A stretch of DNA of 64,000 bases, taken from the NCBI RefSeq assembly GCF_001194135.2, contig NC_068982.1, positions 142,331,661 to 142,395,660 of the forward strand, given 5' to 3'. The DNA is from Octopus bimaculoides. Its lineage: Eukaryota. This document shows, one piece after another, positions 41,422 through 55,649 of this stretch. A program made the translations under genes and the position numbers. Within the stretch, counting starts at the first letter, position 1; each line of letters begins with the position of its first letter. The notes under the pieces were generated by a model, which saw nothing but the letters and a program-made list of their open reading frames with translations, ran no database searches and was not told the DNA's origin.

Positions 41422-44400
41422 NNNNNNNNNNNNNNNNNNNNNNNNNNNNNNNNNNNNNNNNNNNNNNNNNNNNNNNNNNNNNNNNNNNNNNNNNNNNNNN
41501 NNNNNNNNNNNNNNNNNNNNNNNNNNNNNNNNNNNNNNNNNNNNNNNNNNNNNNNNNNNNNNNNNNNNNNNNNNNNNNNNTATATATATATACACACAAT
41601 TAAGGATCAGCAAATAATTTATATATATATATATATTTAAAACAAGTTGTTTTTCTCTTTATATATATATATATAATAAAGGCGGACATTGTGAGGAGAA
41701 AATTTATCACAAGCACAAATTTCATTATTAAAATTAATTTAATATTCTATTGGTTGTTATTTGTAAGGTTTACTCATTGATCCGATATGAAATTTCAATA
41801 TGGTTTTAGTCTATTAGAAAAACAAAATATAGCATAGGCTACTTCATTATTCCAAATATATAAAATCCATTAAGGATCTCTCATTCAACGATTCAGTAAT
41901 ATTCATGAATAGCTTCGATTGTATTTAAGCTAAATTTAGCGGTTTACAATCAACATTAATAAACCTCAACTCACAAATTCGTTCTAATATTATAGATAAG
42001 TCACGTTGAGCTGTACGAAAATCGAAATGCAGTCATCGGATGCGGAAAACGAAAAATAATAGAATTGTACACACACGTCCGTATTTCTCTGATGTATATA
42101 CATATATACGCGTGACGTTGGAATAATCACATTTATACTCGGATAGACACTTACATTCACATACATACATTAATGCATACATTCACATACATACATTAAT
42201 GCATACATACTTACATATATACACGAATACATGTGTACATACAAATATAATACGTACACAAACATACATACATACATACATACGTACATACATACAAACG
42301 TACCTACATACATACATACATGCAGACAGACAGAATAGACATACATACGTGCAAGTACGTCTGTAGGTGCAGTGTATCATATACTCTTTTTCACAGATTT
42401 TTCGAAGCGTATTTCAGCCTTGCAACTTGTACCATTCCGAGCTTGTTCTAACCCCATGTGCCACGCAACGGCACACAACTCGGTGCCATCTATTTTAAAC
42501 CCTACATTCATAAATACACGCTTGTATCTAGAACATAAAACATAGTAGAAGTACTTTACATGCTTTTCCATTTACATGTGATGCTAGTGAAATGCAATCT
42601 ATCCTTCGTGACTTGTCACACACAATATCCTCAACAAGGAAAAGCTGTTTACCATTTGTTTCGTCAACACAAAATACACATATCTGTGGTTGTGTTCATA
42701 ATGAGTCCACGTAGCAACTATTTTTTTTTTACAGTTCGATTTCGCATCACGACATGTTGGTTATGTACGGGTTTTAGCATGTCATCGTCTGGTTGATGTA
42801 AATCTTGTGACTCGAAGTAATTAAACATGGTGTTGTTGGAGTGACTGTATTTCCTGCTCTTAAGTAAAGGTCTTCACCCGCCACCCAGTTTAAGAACTCT
42901 ACTTGGCTGTTTGTGAATTCATAACAGCATTGAATGAGTCGTAAACATTCATGCTAGATTTTCTTCCTTAGGATAACATTTTTGTTCTTCGTATTTATCA
43001 AGGACACCATGAATTAGATGGGGAAAATGCTGTGCTTCTCTTCCTCCTATGGTGAATCCATTATCACGAATGTTACAGAAAGAAATATTTTAGAATGAAA
43101 ATATCCTCGTGTTTTTGGCATTTATAATCGACAGAGTAAATCATTGTTCTTTCTGTTCTTGTTTTTGCCTAAATCCTGCTTAGGGCGGTATGAATAGAAA
43201 GACCTTCAAACAGTAACCACTTTAACTTGTTTACAGGAATAGCGTGTTTAAAATTGCATCATTCACTGTGTTCCTTTACTTTTTGAAAAATGTCAGAGAT
43301 TTGAATTAGGTTGGCCAGTATTTCAAGCACATTGCTCAACTGCATATGAAGCCCTCTTTGCGGTTCAGTTTTTACTCAATCCTGCTCAAGCGGACTTATA
43401 ATCAAAATCGTCAGGGTACGTGACCGTACCGCTCTTTTCTGCATCGGAGTATATACTGTCCTATATAAACTTTTTAAAGGCGATTCCGGAATAAATACAC
43501 TGCGGAGTCAAATGAAGTGAATTGTCCTGGTGGCAGCAGAGAATTTTAATTTAATTCGGAGGCTTGGCGTTTTCTTACCTGAAATTCTACAATACGTTCA
43601 CATATCATAGTCTCTTGAACTTAACTTGACTGTAAAAATGACTTTTGATATAGCAATCTCATTTACTTAATAACTGCATCACTAAATTTGATATTTTCTA
43701 ACCTTAATATCCAATAGTTACGTAATCTTTGTGAAAAACTTTGAATGGAATAATGATTATTATCTTAATGTTGTACGACATTCTTAGAACGGTTTTCTTC
43801 ATTTACAACATATATTTGTAAGGAATTTGCCAAACATATGGCACAAAAAAAGAACGCATAAATGCACTATTATCTATCTACTTTGTCGCTAAATAGCAAT
43901 TCAGTACATATTTTCGCAAGTAGTTACGTTACTATGAATAACAGAATAATAATATTCTTTTTCATATATGGCATACATGTTGCTAAAACTGTATGTGTGC
44001 GTGTGTGTATTCATGTGTGTGTGTGTATGTATACAGAGGACCACAGAGTGAGAGAGAGGGTGAGTGAGTTCCATTTTGGATTATTCAGAAAGAAGCTTCC
44101 CGCCAGCGTCCGTGCTTTCCGTATTTCCTTCTATAGAATTCTCGTATGTCGGTTGTTCTTACTTTACTTTTTACTTATATATATAATTTCATTTTTTTGT
44201 ACTGCGACACAATTCACTTATGTCTTCTATAGCATTTATTGATGTCATACATGATTCTATACCTAAACATTGACAGTTTTCATTACCAAAACTATAAATA
44301 ATGACTTCATTTATCCGCCGGCATTGCTGATCGTTCTCTCCTACTATACATTTTTTCTAGGTTCATGAAGCTAAAATCAATTGATGATCGATATTGGGAC

Positions 44401-47252
44401 TAATTGCTTCTGTTTGATAGTATTTTGATTCATTCATCTGCTATTCTAACAAATATCGAGTTGTGAGAACGTGAACATGACACGATTCTGAAATTGGAGT
44501 CTCTTTTTAAACATTTCACATCCCATTCAAAACATTATAACTCAAGGGTTTATTGCAAACCTAACACGTGAAAAGGCTTAGATTAAAAAAAGAAATAACA
44601 AACACATAACATTATTTTATCGGATATTCAACACTTGTTCTAAATGCAAACAGTGACAGCTGCTTTGAAATAGAATTAAATGACAAAACCGCATTTGTAA
44701 ACTAAGATGCGAGAAAGATATTTTATAGCCATGTTTTTTTTTCCCGGTTTGATAGATGCTATAAATATTTTGTTTATTAATTGTAAAACTCCACTGCTAG
44801 GGAATTTGTTGTTAATGCATGCAAGTATGTTTTAGCACATAACATGATATTTGTGATTTTAGCGTCACCAGTGTTAATACTAATATTTGTGGAAAATTGT
44901 ATCTGCGAAATAAGTTTTATATGATTGCATATGTTTTTATTTCTTAAAATCCACGTGATGCACTTGCGGAAAAATATGGTCAGGTTATATAAAATGTAGA
45001 ATATACTTTTAAATATGAAACTTCATCGAAGCATCATTTTATTGGATTTCTGCAAAAAAATCTTTAGATGTGTGGATCATAAAATTAAACAGAACTCGTT
45101 GAAATCTCTTTCATGCTATTCTCACAACGATATTTTACAAGCATTTTGCTTGTTATTCGTTTATAATGGCATAATGAATATTCAGAGTTATATATCAAAC
45201 ATAGAAGTAAATGGAATTATATTGCATAGAAATCTATTCTGAACCTGCAACAAAGATAATTAATATGGTATATTATGGTATCCGTCTGTTGACACATATC
45301 TATCAAGGGGTCGAAGCTAGAAATATTTGATCAGATCTCCCACAAATATCCCCTTACTAATGCCACAAATTATGGTATAAGTACAAAGACTGCATAATAA
45401 TTGACTTTTTACTTATAGATCCGTTCAGGCTAAACGCAAACAACGGCAACAATAAAACATATTTGAAAGGGAGTATCATGTTTTAGTTTCACATTTTCTC
45501 TCCGACAATACATTCAAGAACGGATGTTATTTAGCTTCTAAAAGTTATCAATCTCGAGGAAAGTTATCACATAGGAAAGAACGCATATATTAAAAAAAAT
45601 TTCCAATAAGAAAAGAGAGAAAAAAGAAAATACTTGAGGGTATTTGATAATCCAGTCTCGGTAAAGTTTTTCTATCTTTCGGATAAAATAAAGTTGCTGC
45701 AATTTCCGAGATTGCCTGTCAGTTGCCTTTTCATTATCCTACCACCATTCATTTTTTTTAGCGAATGGATTTCTTCCAATGTTCAGTTTCTTATAATATT
45801 ATTTTATTACAGTATCACCTAGTGATATTTCAGTAGAATTGTGAGCAAGTTTTACAAGATAGAGCTCCGTATTATTTCTCACACTGTTTATTATTTCTTG
45901 CAAGATTTATCATTTCTTGCAATGTTTTTTTTTTATTTCTTACAATGCTTATTATTTCTCGCAATGTTTCAAAATAAATTAAATATATTTAAGTATAAGT
46001 CGTGTCATATATAGAAAAAAGGTAAATGATTGAGTGGCATTGTACTTTGCAGGAAGGTATTAAATGAAAAGAGGAAACAGATTTAAATAGAGACTGTGTC
46101 ACACCTAAAATATATGCAGCGTTTTCCAGAAATGTTGTATAATAAATTTAGAAATTCCACGTTCGTACAGCAGGGGTATTTAGCTATGTTTGTTGCACAC
46201 AACCTATAAATTGGTGTACATATGGCAAAACAGAACCGAAACTACGGTTTGTTTTCTATTCACTTAAAAAGACAAGTCGGCCTAATTCCGTAAATATTCT
46301 TCACACATTTAGAAAGCTTTATTTCAAAGATTTACAATGTTGTATTTGATGTCTATCCCAAGAGCAGCAGTGGAGAGGAAGTCTATGATTGAGAGGGGGG
46401 TCTTGCCATTATTCATAACGTGTGTTTTCTAATGTGGGCTTTGTGATTTAAATGACAGTTGTGAATTCATATCCATATGAGTGAAGCGTTCAGCATGTTG
46501 TGTACTGAGAAAAGAAAAACAAAAACACTCCCTCTTGCTTTCGCTTCTCAGTAAGTTAGTTTATTCTAAACATGGTCTACAAAATAATAAACAGCAAGGA
46601 ACTGAATTCAATGTGTTTGAATGTAGCTGCTCTCTTAACTAAAGGGAATAATGATTTGGTTTGCCTGAAGCATCTATGTTTAATATATAGATAAATAAGT
46701 TTTCCAATGCCCTTTCTAATAAATTCGTTGACCAATGTTTAGTCAAATGTCAAAGGAAATAAGCTAGATAGCTTCGAGATACAGGGTAAACCTGATTATA
46801 TTTTGATGTTCACAATGTTGGTAATGCGATTATTTAATACAATTTACACTTTTAAAAAGTAACTAAAACCCCCCTTGAACTATGTTAAACTCGTTATGAA
46901 ATATTAAACACGGCGGATTTTCTTTTCATCTGAAGAATGATTCTGCAACCAAGTAAATTCAAATTTCAGATAATTTATCTTAATATAAATAATAATGACT
47001 AATTGCGTGTTTTATGATTACGAGATGCAATTTGTGGCTTACATTTTAATGAACACTAAACACTTCATCAATTTTAAGGCAAGTTACTGCATCTTCATAT
47101 ATCACCACATCAAAATCATCGTATAATAGTTCATATTTTGTTCTACGGACATACTACATTGAAAATATCATGCATCCCAATACATTAAATAAATATTTCC
47201 TGTTCATATAAATCACCAAGTGAGGTTCAGAGAGTGAAATATTCAATCATAC

Positions 47253-47342
47253 ACATGTTGATTGATTTATTCCTTTAACAGAATGAAAGGTCGATAAACA
47301 TGTTGATTGATTTATTCCTTTAACAGAATGAAAGGTCGATAA
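47253..47342. repeat. Perfect 45-bp tandem duplication
   Basis: 47253-47297 is identical to 47298-47342. Confidence 0.95.
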
Positions 47343-48002
47343 ACAAGTTGATGTAGATCTTCAAGATACTTAAAGTTTCGTGGATGGGAAAAACAAAAGA
47401 CGACCAACTCTCTGGACATTCGGAGGCACATTAGAGAAAAGGCACTTCTCTCTGATATGTGTGTGTGTGGGTGACAGTGAATGGGTGTATATGCTAGAGA
47501 ATGGGAATTCTATGATACTGTCAACGTACAGATGCCTAAATAATGAACATTTCAGTGTTACTACCAGTGTATACTACAAGTAGATATTTTATTCTCATGC
47601 AACATGGCTATGTTATTTCAGCAAAAAGGGTCTGTGTTTGAATCATGACGTTGATAAGAATGTTGTTATCTGACGAACTTGGTGCATGGAAGCTTTGCTG
47701 AAACATTGTGACATGTAAGAATATATATATTCTTACAATTGCCCAAATATATTTATTTATATTAAGTAACGAAACGAAGGGAAAACAATCCTTCAAAATG
47801 TTTGTAAAACATCCAATTGACTGGTACGTCAGTTGAATACCGCATAAATATGTGTTTAATTCAAATTACGAACAATAAATTAAATAGAAAGATACAATTT
47901 ACAATCTAATAATTTATTTATATTATAACATAATATACTATGAATATAATGTAATATAATATGATATAACAGAAAAAAATGTTAAAAAACAAAAAAGCCA
48001 AC

Positions 48003-48071
48003 AATATATTTCGACTTATATACATTTTAAAAAAATAAACAATTCAGTTTCCTTATATAAGCCTCATCAGA
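48003..48071 (-). ncRNA. Putative minimal hammerhead motif with canonical core and degenerate stem I
   Basis: Minus strand: CUGAUGA, 10-bp stem II (48054-48063 pairing 48013-48022, one G-U), GAA, palindromic AUAUAU, U; stem I poorly paired. Confidence 0.4.
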
Positions 48072-49524
48072 GCAAATGGTTTGAAGACAGACGAAATTCC
48101 GTGCGAAAGGTCGGCTGGAGTGCAAAAGACATTAATTCAAAGCCCTATGTATTATGAGCGTGAGCGTTAGCCATTCAACTACGTATCAATTTCAATTAAA
48201 AACAACAAAATTATAACGGACAAAATAATTAAGTAAGCAGAATCTACAACTATCGAAATATATTTCTATATATCTCAAATAATATTAAACCAAACTTGTT
48301 TAGGTGGAATACAATCTTTCGCTATTACAATAACATACAACTATATATATATATATATATATATNNNNNNNNNNNNNNNNNNNNNNNNNNNNNNNNNNNN
48401 NNNNNNNNNNNNNNNNNNNNNNNNNNNNNNNNNNNNNNNNNNNNNNNNNNNNNNNNNNNNNNNNNNNNNNNNNNNNNNATATAGTTATCTCTATTCCTAA
48501 AGGTGTGTTCATAGCTTGCAATCCGTATTTTAAATACAATTTTTCATTTACCCTATGTAAAATGACTGAAAGAAGTAAAAGAAAAAAGAAAATATGTGTA
48601 TATAGATAGATATGCCGCTAAGCTTTTTACCCGACTTGCTAATGATTCAGCCCGCTCACCACACTAAAGGCATTAAAATATTACCGTTCTTTCTCCGTAG
48701 TTCATCAACATGCAGTAATAGCAGTTATATATGCCACAGATCATGTTTTAATATTGTAGACAAGGAGGGCACTTTGGATTACATGCTTCATAATTCATTA
48801 TATTTTGGAGAAACACATGTTTGACCACGGCCAAAATGCTTTGACCATAGATCTGTTCACACTGGTCAATCGTGGAAACGAAATGCAACAACGATAGCAA
48901 CAAGAATTTGCCAAATTTCTTTCAATTAATCTATAGTGTACTTCGTGACGCATAAGTTCAATAATTAAATTATGTGTATACAGTAGTAGATAACCTCTAA
49001 TCTTTGTATCTGGTGCAAACTCTTCAATTAGAACGTTAACATTTATTTGACTTTCACTATAATCAATGATTTCATATGATAGCGGCGCGGATTCACTTAA
49101 TATTATACAATGAATATAGCAAATTGTTACATACAAGTAATCTGCATAACACACCCCACACACACAGGCGAACACACACACTCACACACACACACACACA
49201 CACGCACATAGATAAATATGTAATATCTTGTGAACAATTAGATGTACAACTGCTTCTGTTGAGATTAGAACTCCATGTAGAGTATTGTCAACTATTCTGC
49301 TTCTAGTTTAATGATGTAGTTTCTACTGTACTTAGTAGTCTTACTGTATATGATATACAGAGCAAATGCCGGAGAAATTATAGTGAAAACAAATTTATGT
49401 AATTTCTCCTACATACGTTTCTCCAGTGTTCTTATTTGCAAATACTGCACTGGTTGCTCCTAATGCAACTAGATGCTAAACCACTACAGATAATAATGTT
49501 ATCTGTGCATCATAATGCAATAAA

Positions 49525-49580
49525 GCTTTCTCTGAGGAAGATGGCACATGGAACATCCAATGCTGAAACGTATGTAGGGG
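49525..49580 (+). ncRNA. Decayed hammerhead-like motif
   Basis: CTGAGGA (49532-49538) ... ccaatgct GAAACGTATGTA; stems I and II only partly paired. Confidence 0.25.
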
Positions 49581-49627
49581 AAAAATGACATAAACTTGTG
49601 ATTATTATAATTTCAAATAAATATGTA

Positions 49628-49750
49628 ATAGGCGCACATGTGGATGTGTGGTAAGAAGTTGCTTTCTAGCCATATGGTTCCAAGTTCAGTTCCACTGCGA
49701 AGCGCCTTGGCCAAGCTTCTTCTACTGGCGCTTCGGGTTGACCAAAACAT
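49628..49750 (+). mobile_element. SINE family T head and CORE-like region
   Basis: 'taggcgcacatgtggatgtgtggtaagaag..ggttccaagttcagttccactgcg..ccttggccaagc..cgggttgaccaaa'. Confidence 0.7.
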
Positions 49751-50558
49751 GGTCACCTTTACCAACAGGGGCACTACTACTGCTACAACCAATAAAAAAA
49801 ATCCCCTACGTGGACTATTGACACTAGTAAGGAACAATTATGAACTCTTCATTTAATTTCATTTTTTTAAATATGTATTTTTGATAAGGTTCGTTTTTAC
49901 AAGAACCGAAACATGTTAAAAATATCTCTGACAAAATTCTAAATTAAAATTCATTTTTTTTTATATATTGGCGTTTTGAAACTCCTTTTTTATAAATNNN
50001 NNNNNNNNNNNNNNNNNNNNNNNNNNNNNNNNNNNNNNNNNNNNNNNNNNNNNNNNNNNNNNNNNNNNNNNNNNNNNNNNNNNNNNNNNNNNNNNNNNNN
50101 NNNNNNNNNNNNNNNNNNNNNNNNNNNNNNNNNNNNNNNNNNNNNNNNNNNNNNNNNNNNNNNNNNNNNNNNNNNNNNNNNNNNNNNNNNNNNNNNNNNN
50201 NNNNNNNNNNNNNNNNNNNNNNNNNNNNNNNNNNNNNNNNNNNNNNNNNNNNNNNNNNNNNNNNNNNNNNNNNNNNNNNNNNNNNNNNNNNNNNNNNNNN
50301 NNNNNNNNNNNNNNNNNNNNNNNNNNNNNNNNNNNNNNNNNNNNNNNNNNNNNNNNNNNNNNNNNNNNNNNNNNNNNNNNNNNNNNNNNNNNNNNNNNNN
50401 NNNNNNNNNNNNNNNNNNNNNNNNNNNNNNNNNNNNNNNNNNNNNNNNNNNNNNNNNNNNNNNNNNNNNNNNNNNNNNNNNNNNNNNNNNNNNNNNNNNN
50501 NNNNNNNNNNNNNNNNNNNNNNNNNNNNNNNNNNNNNNNNNNNNNNNNNNNNNNNNNN

Positions 50559-50800
50559 CGAACCATTCTGTACTCTTTCACCACAATTTTCTCACTCATA
50601 CTCCCTGTTTCTGTTGTGTCTGTACTTCAAAGCGCCAGGCTTATAACACTGTGTGTCACGCTGAATCTCCCCGAGACCTACGTTAAGGGTATACGTGTCT
50701 GTGGAGTGCTCAGCCAATTACACGTTAATTTCACGAGCAGGCTCTTCCGTTGATCGGATCAACTGGAACCCTCGTCGTCGTAACCGACGAAGTGCCACCA
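50559..50800 (+). mobile_element. SINE (body 1 + tail Y); 5' part lost in the gap
   Basis: 50645-50800 aligns closely with 62590-62745; 50560-50610 is homologous to the body of the 19825-20140 copy. Confidence 0.85.
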
Positions 50801-51440
50801 AATTGATAGATAGATAGATAGATAGATAGATATAATATTCCTGATTGCGTTGTGAAGAAGCTCCCTTTGAACGCATATAGTTTCTGGTTATACATTATTG
50901 TGCAGCGCCTTGGGCTAATTACTTGGGCTGTAGCCCCAGATAAACATGTTTCTTTTGATCGAATTTGATAGACAGTAACTGCGGAAGTTTGTCGTATATA
51001 TATATGTGCGTGCGTGCGTGTATGCGTGTGTTTCTGTGAGTATATGTCTGTCTGTTTGTCTGTGTCTGTCTGCGCGGGTGTGTTTGTGTCTGCTCTCCCA
51101 TCTACCTGTCAAGTAGTGTTGTTCTGTTTATGAGACTTTACAAGTAAGTTCTCGTCTGAATTCCTTCGATAGAACCCTTCATGCCGATAGCAAAGCATTA
51201 TTACAGTCCAATGACTAAAAGTAGTAATTGATGCTGAATGAAAGATATATGTTTATGCGTGTGTGTCTGTGTGTCTGTGTGTGTGTATACACATATGTAA
51301 ATATATATATTATGTATTTCTCATAATTTATTGTTTTAGTAGCATATTCAAATACCTCCATAAACGTAATTGCATATCATTAATGCCTATGACTATTTGA
51401 TATTAATACAATACTAATATCAATTATTAATTTTAAGTAT

Positions 51441-51461
51441 ATTGTTTCTGTTGCAGGTAAG
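51441..51461 (+). other. Juxtaposed acceptor/donor motif (candidate recursive splice site)
   Basis: attgtttctgttgCAG|GTAAG with the junction at 51456/51457. Confidence 0.25.
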
Positions 51462-51974
51462 AATTCTTCTATTCAGTTGAGCGATTGCTGTTTGTCGGTA
51501 AGATTGCATTTCATACATTCTCGTTTAAATGCCTCTATTACTTGTGTGTTTCTAGTTTGACATTCATAAATGTGATTGCATATCCAAATTGGTTTCTATT
51601 TAGTATCACGCTGTATGTGATATCACAAGGCTAATTCCCACAAATGTGTTGAAAGACGAATTTTCGGTGACACATGAACACAAATTCTGCAATTTCTTTT
51701 ACAGTTTAAGTCTTTCGCAGAGGAAGTAACAGATACATAACGCATAAAACTTTAAACAAAATTATTCAAAATCTGTTCGAGATTATTATTTAAAATTTGA
51801 ATGCTCTAAAGATTCATTATTTGTATGTGTTTATACCTGTGTTTTAGAAATTTAAACACACACATACATTTATATCTGTATATGCATACATACATACATA
51901 TATATATGGATATATATATATATAAGTACGTATGTATGTATATATATATATATATATATAATCATACACATATA

Positions 51975-52037
<63 letters not shown>

Positions 52038-54839
52038 GTGTATAAGTAAATGCATATATATATGTATATGTATATATATGTGTATGCATATATGTTTGTG
52101 TGTATGTTTGCATGTATGTACGTATAGCTATCAATTTAATAATTTGTCTGTGTATTATGAATCAATCTAACCATCCATCGCTTTAAATACGAACCGATTT
52201 ATCTTCGTATCTCAATGCCTACATGTCTTTATGTCTCTATCTGTTCAGCAGTCTTGCACGCACAAACCAACATTCTCAAAATAGACTTTAATAATATAGT
52301 ATATAATCATAGGTTAATGATATTGTTGGAATAAAGTAGCCGGTCAATTTCCTTCCTTTTTATTCCTTCATAACTAGATTCAGAATATGGAAAATGGAAA
52401 TTCAAGAATAGAATTATTAAAGCTTGTCTCACAATTCGGTTGACTGCTGTCATAAATGACATTGGAATGTTATGTGTTTTTAAATTGAAAGGGTCTCTAG
52501 ATAGATAGTTTTCCCGCCTCACTAATTTCCCTATCTCGCAAAATATCTGAATTGTTTGACATTTTGATATGGCTTCAGATATTGGCTGAGACCAAGAAAC
52601 TTATGTGTGTACACGCACACAGACGTACAGTCACGCACAAATTTATTCGGTTCATTACATAAATACCGTTGAACAAAGATGTGGAGAGTGGCACATGCCT
52701 CGACTTCATTTGTATTTACGCAAGTTTAAATGCCTATACACATACATATATATGTGTGCATATAAATACATATACGTATTTATGTATGGGCGTGTATATA
52801 TGTATATATGTAGATATACATGTGTGTGTGAGTGTGCACGCGCGCGTGTATTTACTCACAAATGCACATGTGTATGTATATTTATGCATGTAGTTGTGTA
52901 TATATAATTCATTGTTGCTCCGAGTTTCGTTGCCGATGTTCGGAATTTAACTTTAACGATTATCCAAAGATAAGAAGGTACAATTTCTGAGGAATGATTT
53001 CATAAAATATGGACCGAAGCATATTAACATAATTGTAGGTGTACTTCTCAAAGCGTAAAGTTTTATTGTGTTTTAATTTTTGCACACCTTATAGTATGCT
53101 GGGCGTAAAGAAAACAAAGTGGTGTAAACTAAAGGGATATGCAGATAAGGAAATTGTATAAACCGAAGATGATTACAGCATAAAATTAGCCTTGTCTCCC
53201 TCGTATTTTAATGTATTATGATAATATATAAAGTGTCATTTCAAGGTCTGTCAGAGGTATTCATCTTGTGCTCTGAAGCTGTTAAATATAAAAGGCACTT
53301 CAATGTATAATCCCATACATCCAGTAACTAACATCGCAGTTGCATTTATAATAGCAGAGTCTCTTCTTGAGTTCTCGTTCGAGAGAAATGGCAATTTTTG
53401 TACCAGAATGTACGACTAGAAGAGATCGTCTGCTAGGAATAATCACGATATATTATTTTAATGACACAATACAAAAGTAAGGAAGTGAGGTAAACATCAT
53501 GTATTGTAACCCTACTTACCCTCAGAACGACGGAATAATCTTGCAGGGTGTACAATTTTTCTTTGACCAGAGATGACCTGGGCCTAAATAGCAACAATTA
53601 ACTTTCTAGAACTTCAGATGCCCCCTTTTTGGTTTTCGTTTCGTCAACCAACGTTCGGATTTACAATTAAAGTTTTACCGCATAGACCCCCGTCTAATAA
53701 TACCTTATGCCACGTTGAAGATGTTAAACTTTGGTCACCATCTTGTCATTAAATAAAATGCTAAATCATGATGAAAAATATAGTGAAGAATGTAATCTAC
53801 AATGGATTACAAGATCATGACTTCAACCAGTGACTTAATTTTGTTTGATTGAAGAAGTGAATTAAAGCCGACTTTAAGCGAATCACTGAAACAACATAAT
53901 GAAGCAGAACATAAAAGAAAACTAGAGAATGTGAGTGACGATACTGAAAGAAAGAATTGATTGTATTGTATCTGATTGCATAGTCTTAGACGAAACAATA
54001 TTTGAACATGCACGAATGGATAATAAACATTTCTTCGTAGAAAATATTTAAAAATTGTTAAACATATTAGTCAGTAGCTTCTATTAATACACGCCAGTGT
54101 AGTTTATTCAAAACTGAAAAAGTAACCATATGATTGGATATTATTCTACTTTGCACGTTCGTGAGATAATATATTTAAAAAGATTATACTCAACAGAGAA
54201 ATAATCTTTTGTGGGGTTAGTATTGGAGGTGTGTTATATCATGAACGCTTGTAATAACAAAGGGATCTATTTTCCAACAGAAGTACAAAATGTTTAAATT
54301 TGAAAGAGAAATGCATAAACATGTACAGAATATGTGAATAAAAAAGAAAAAAATTCGAAATGCGATAAACGTATTACTGAATAAGTCTACCTAAGTTGTT
54401 GCACGAAAAGAAAAACAAATTGCACTGTCGAGAAAAAGAATGAGGAAGCGGTGAAATTAGGACTTCAGGCTTTTGAAGGTTGTTCTTTTGCGTTTGTTTG
54501 TAAGTGGTATTTGATTAAATTCTCGACTTCCTGGACTCAATAAAGTAAACAGTTCTTATATTTCCTAATGAATTAATCAACTGTATCATTTCGGTTTTGT
54601 AATAGCAGTTATAATAATTTCTTTCATTAGCAACTGGAGCATAGATGAGGGCGATATCACAGAGATAGATAACAATTTATGTGGAGGTTTATGTAGGGGA
54701 AGTGATGAAAAAATGGAAGAAACTAGCGAAATGCGATAAGAGTACAAATATTATACAAAGTGATAACATGAATGATTCAATCCTCCTGATACAAGAGAAA
54801 CTCTAACTAGGGCCAAACAAAGAACCTGTAGTAGTAGTA

Positions 54840-54910
<71 letters not shown>

Positions 54911-54924
54911 TAATAATACTAATT

Positions 54925-55032
54925 TTGACACAACTATAGTAATTTCGGGGGAGGTGGTAAATCGATTACAGGGACGCCAGTGTTCAAATGGTACTAATTT
55001 TATCGATCCCAAGTGAGGAAATGCAAGGTCAA
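54925..55032 (-). mobile_element. SINE family N fragment abutting a (TAA)n array
   Basis: 'aatttcggggg..atcgattaca..ggtactaattttatcgatccc..aaggtc'; (AAT)n at 54841-54915 lies at its 3' end. Confidence 0.6.
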
Positions 55033-55649
55033 TAATAATAATAACGATAATAGTAATATCTGCAGCGGCGTCGGTTGCAGCAGTAGCATCATTTATCATT
55101 AATTAAGATATTAACTGTGGTCACACAATGTGTATGCCTGAAAAGGAAGCTGTTCAGCTGATTATTTTGATTTCTAGGAAATGATCATTTCTCCAATGGT
55201 ACAGTGGTAGATGATAGATTTTTTTTCATCCATGTATGCTATTGTTAGTGCCAAGGTCACCAATTACTATTATCCTAAATCGTTTAACGTGTGCGTAATA
55301 TATTTTGAAATTTCCATCTCAAACTTTCAGTAATTAACAGTTTTCTCGTGTCCCTTGCTAGTGATGTTATATTTGTCCGGAACGGCACCATTATACAACA
55401 TTTCCCTACCTCTTCACAGAGTACAAAAACATCCGTTGAGGATGCTCCATCATTTTATATATTTGAAATGTTAATTCTCGCAAGATTATTACAGATTTAT
55501 TAGTTTTAACACACTGTCACTCGTATGTCGGCAATATTCCTTTCTACTTTAAAATAAAATCTTTTGGCAAAAGTTATTGTATATGTAAACACAGTTTGAA
55601 ATCACTCATTATATTGTCTTTTTATGATAGCATTTTGCACGACTAGATT

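Noticed and set aside
43415-43430. ggtacg-tgac-cgtacc hairpin as a Helitron 3' end or terminator
   Set aside because: No CTRR follows on either strand, and a 6-bp stem is expected by chance.
43455-43470. TATA box (ctatataaa) as a promoter
   Set aside because: Such motifs are ubiquitous in this AT-rich sequence and no downstream gene supports it.
48798-49181. 127-aa minus-strand ORF as a cadherin-like exon
   Set aside because: No DRE, DxNDN or other recognisable motif, no convincing splice pair, and it starts in a (TG)n repeat.
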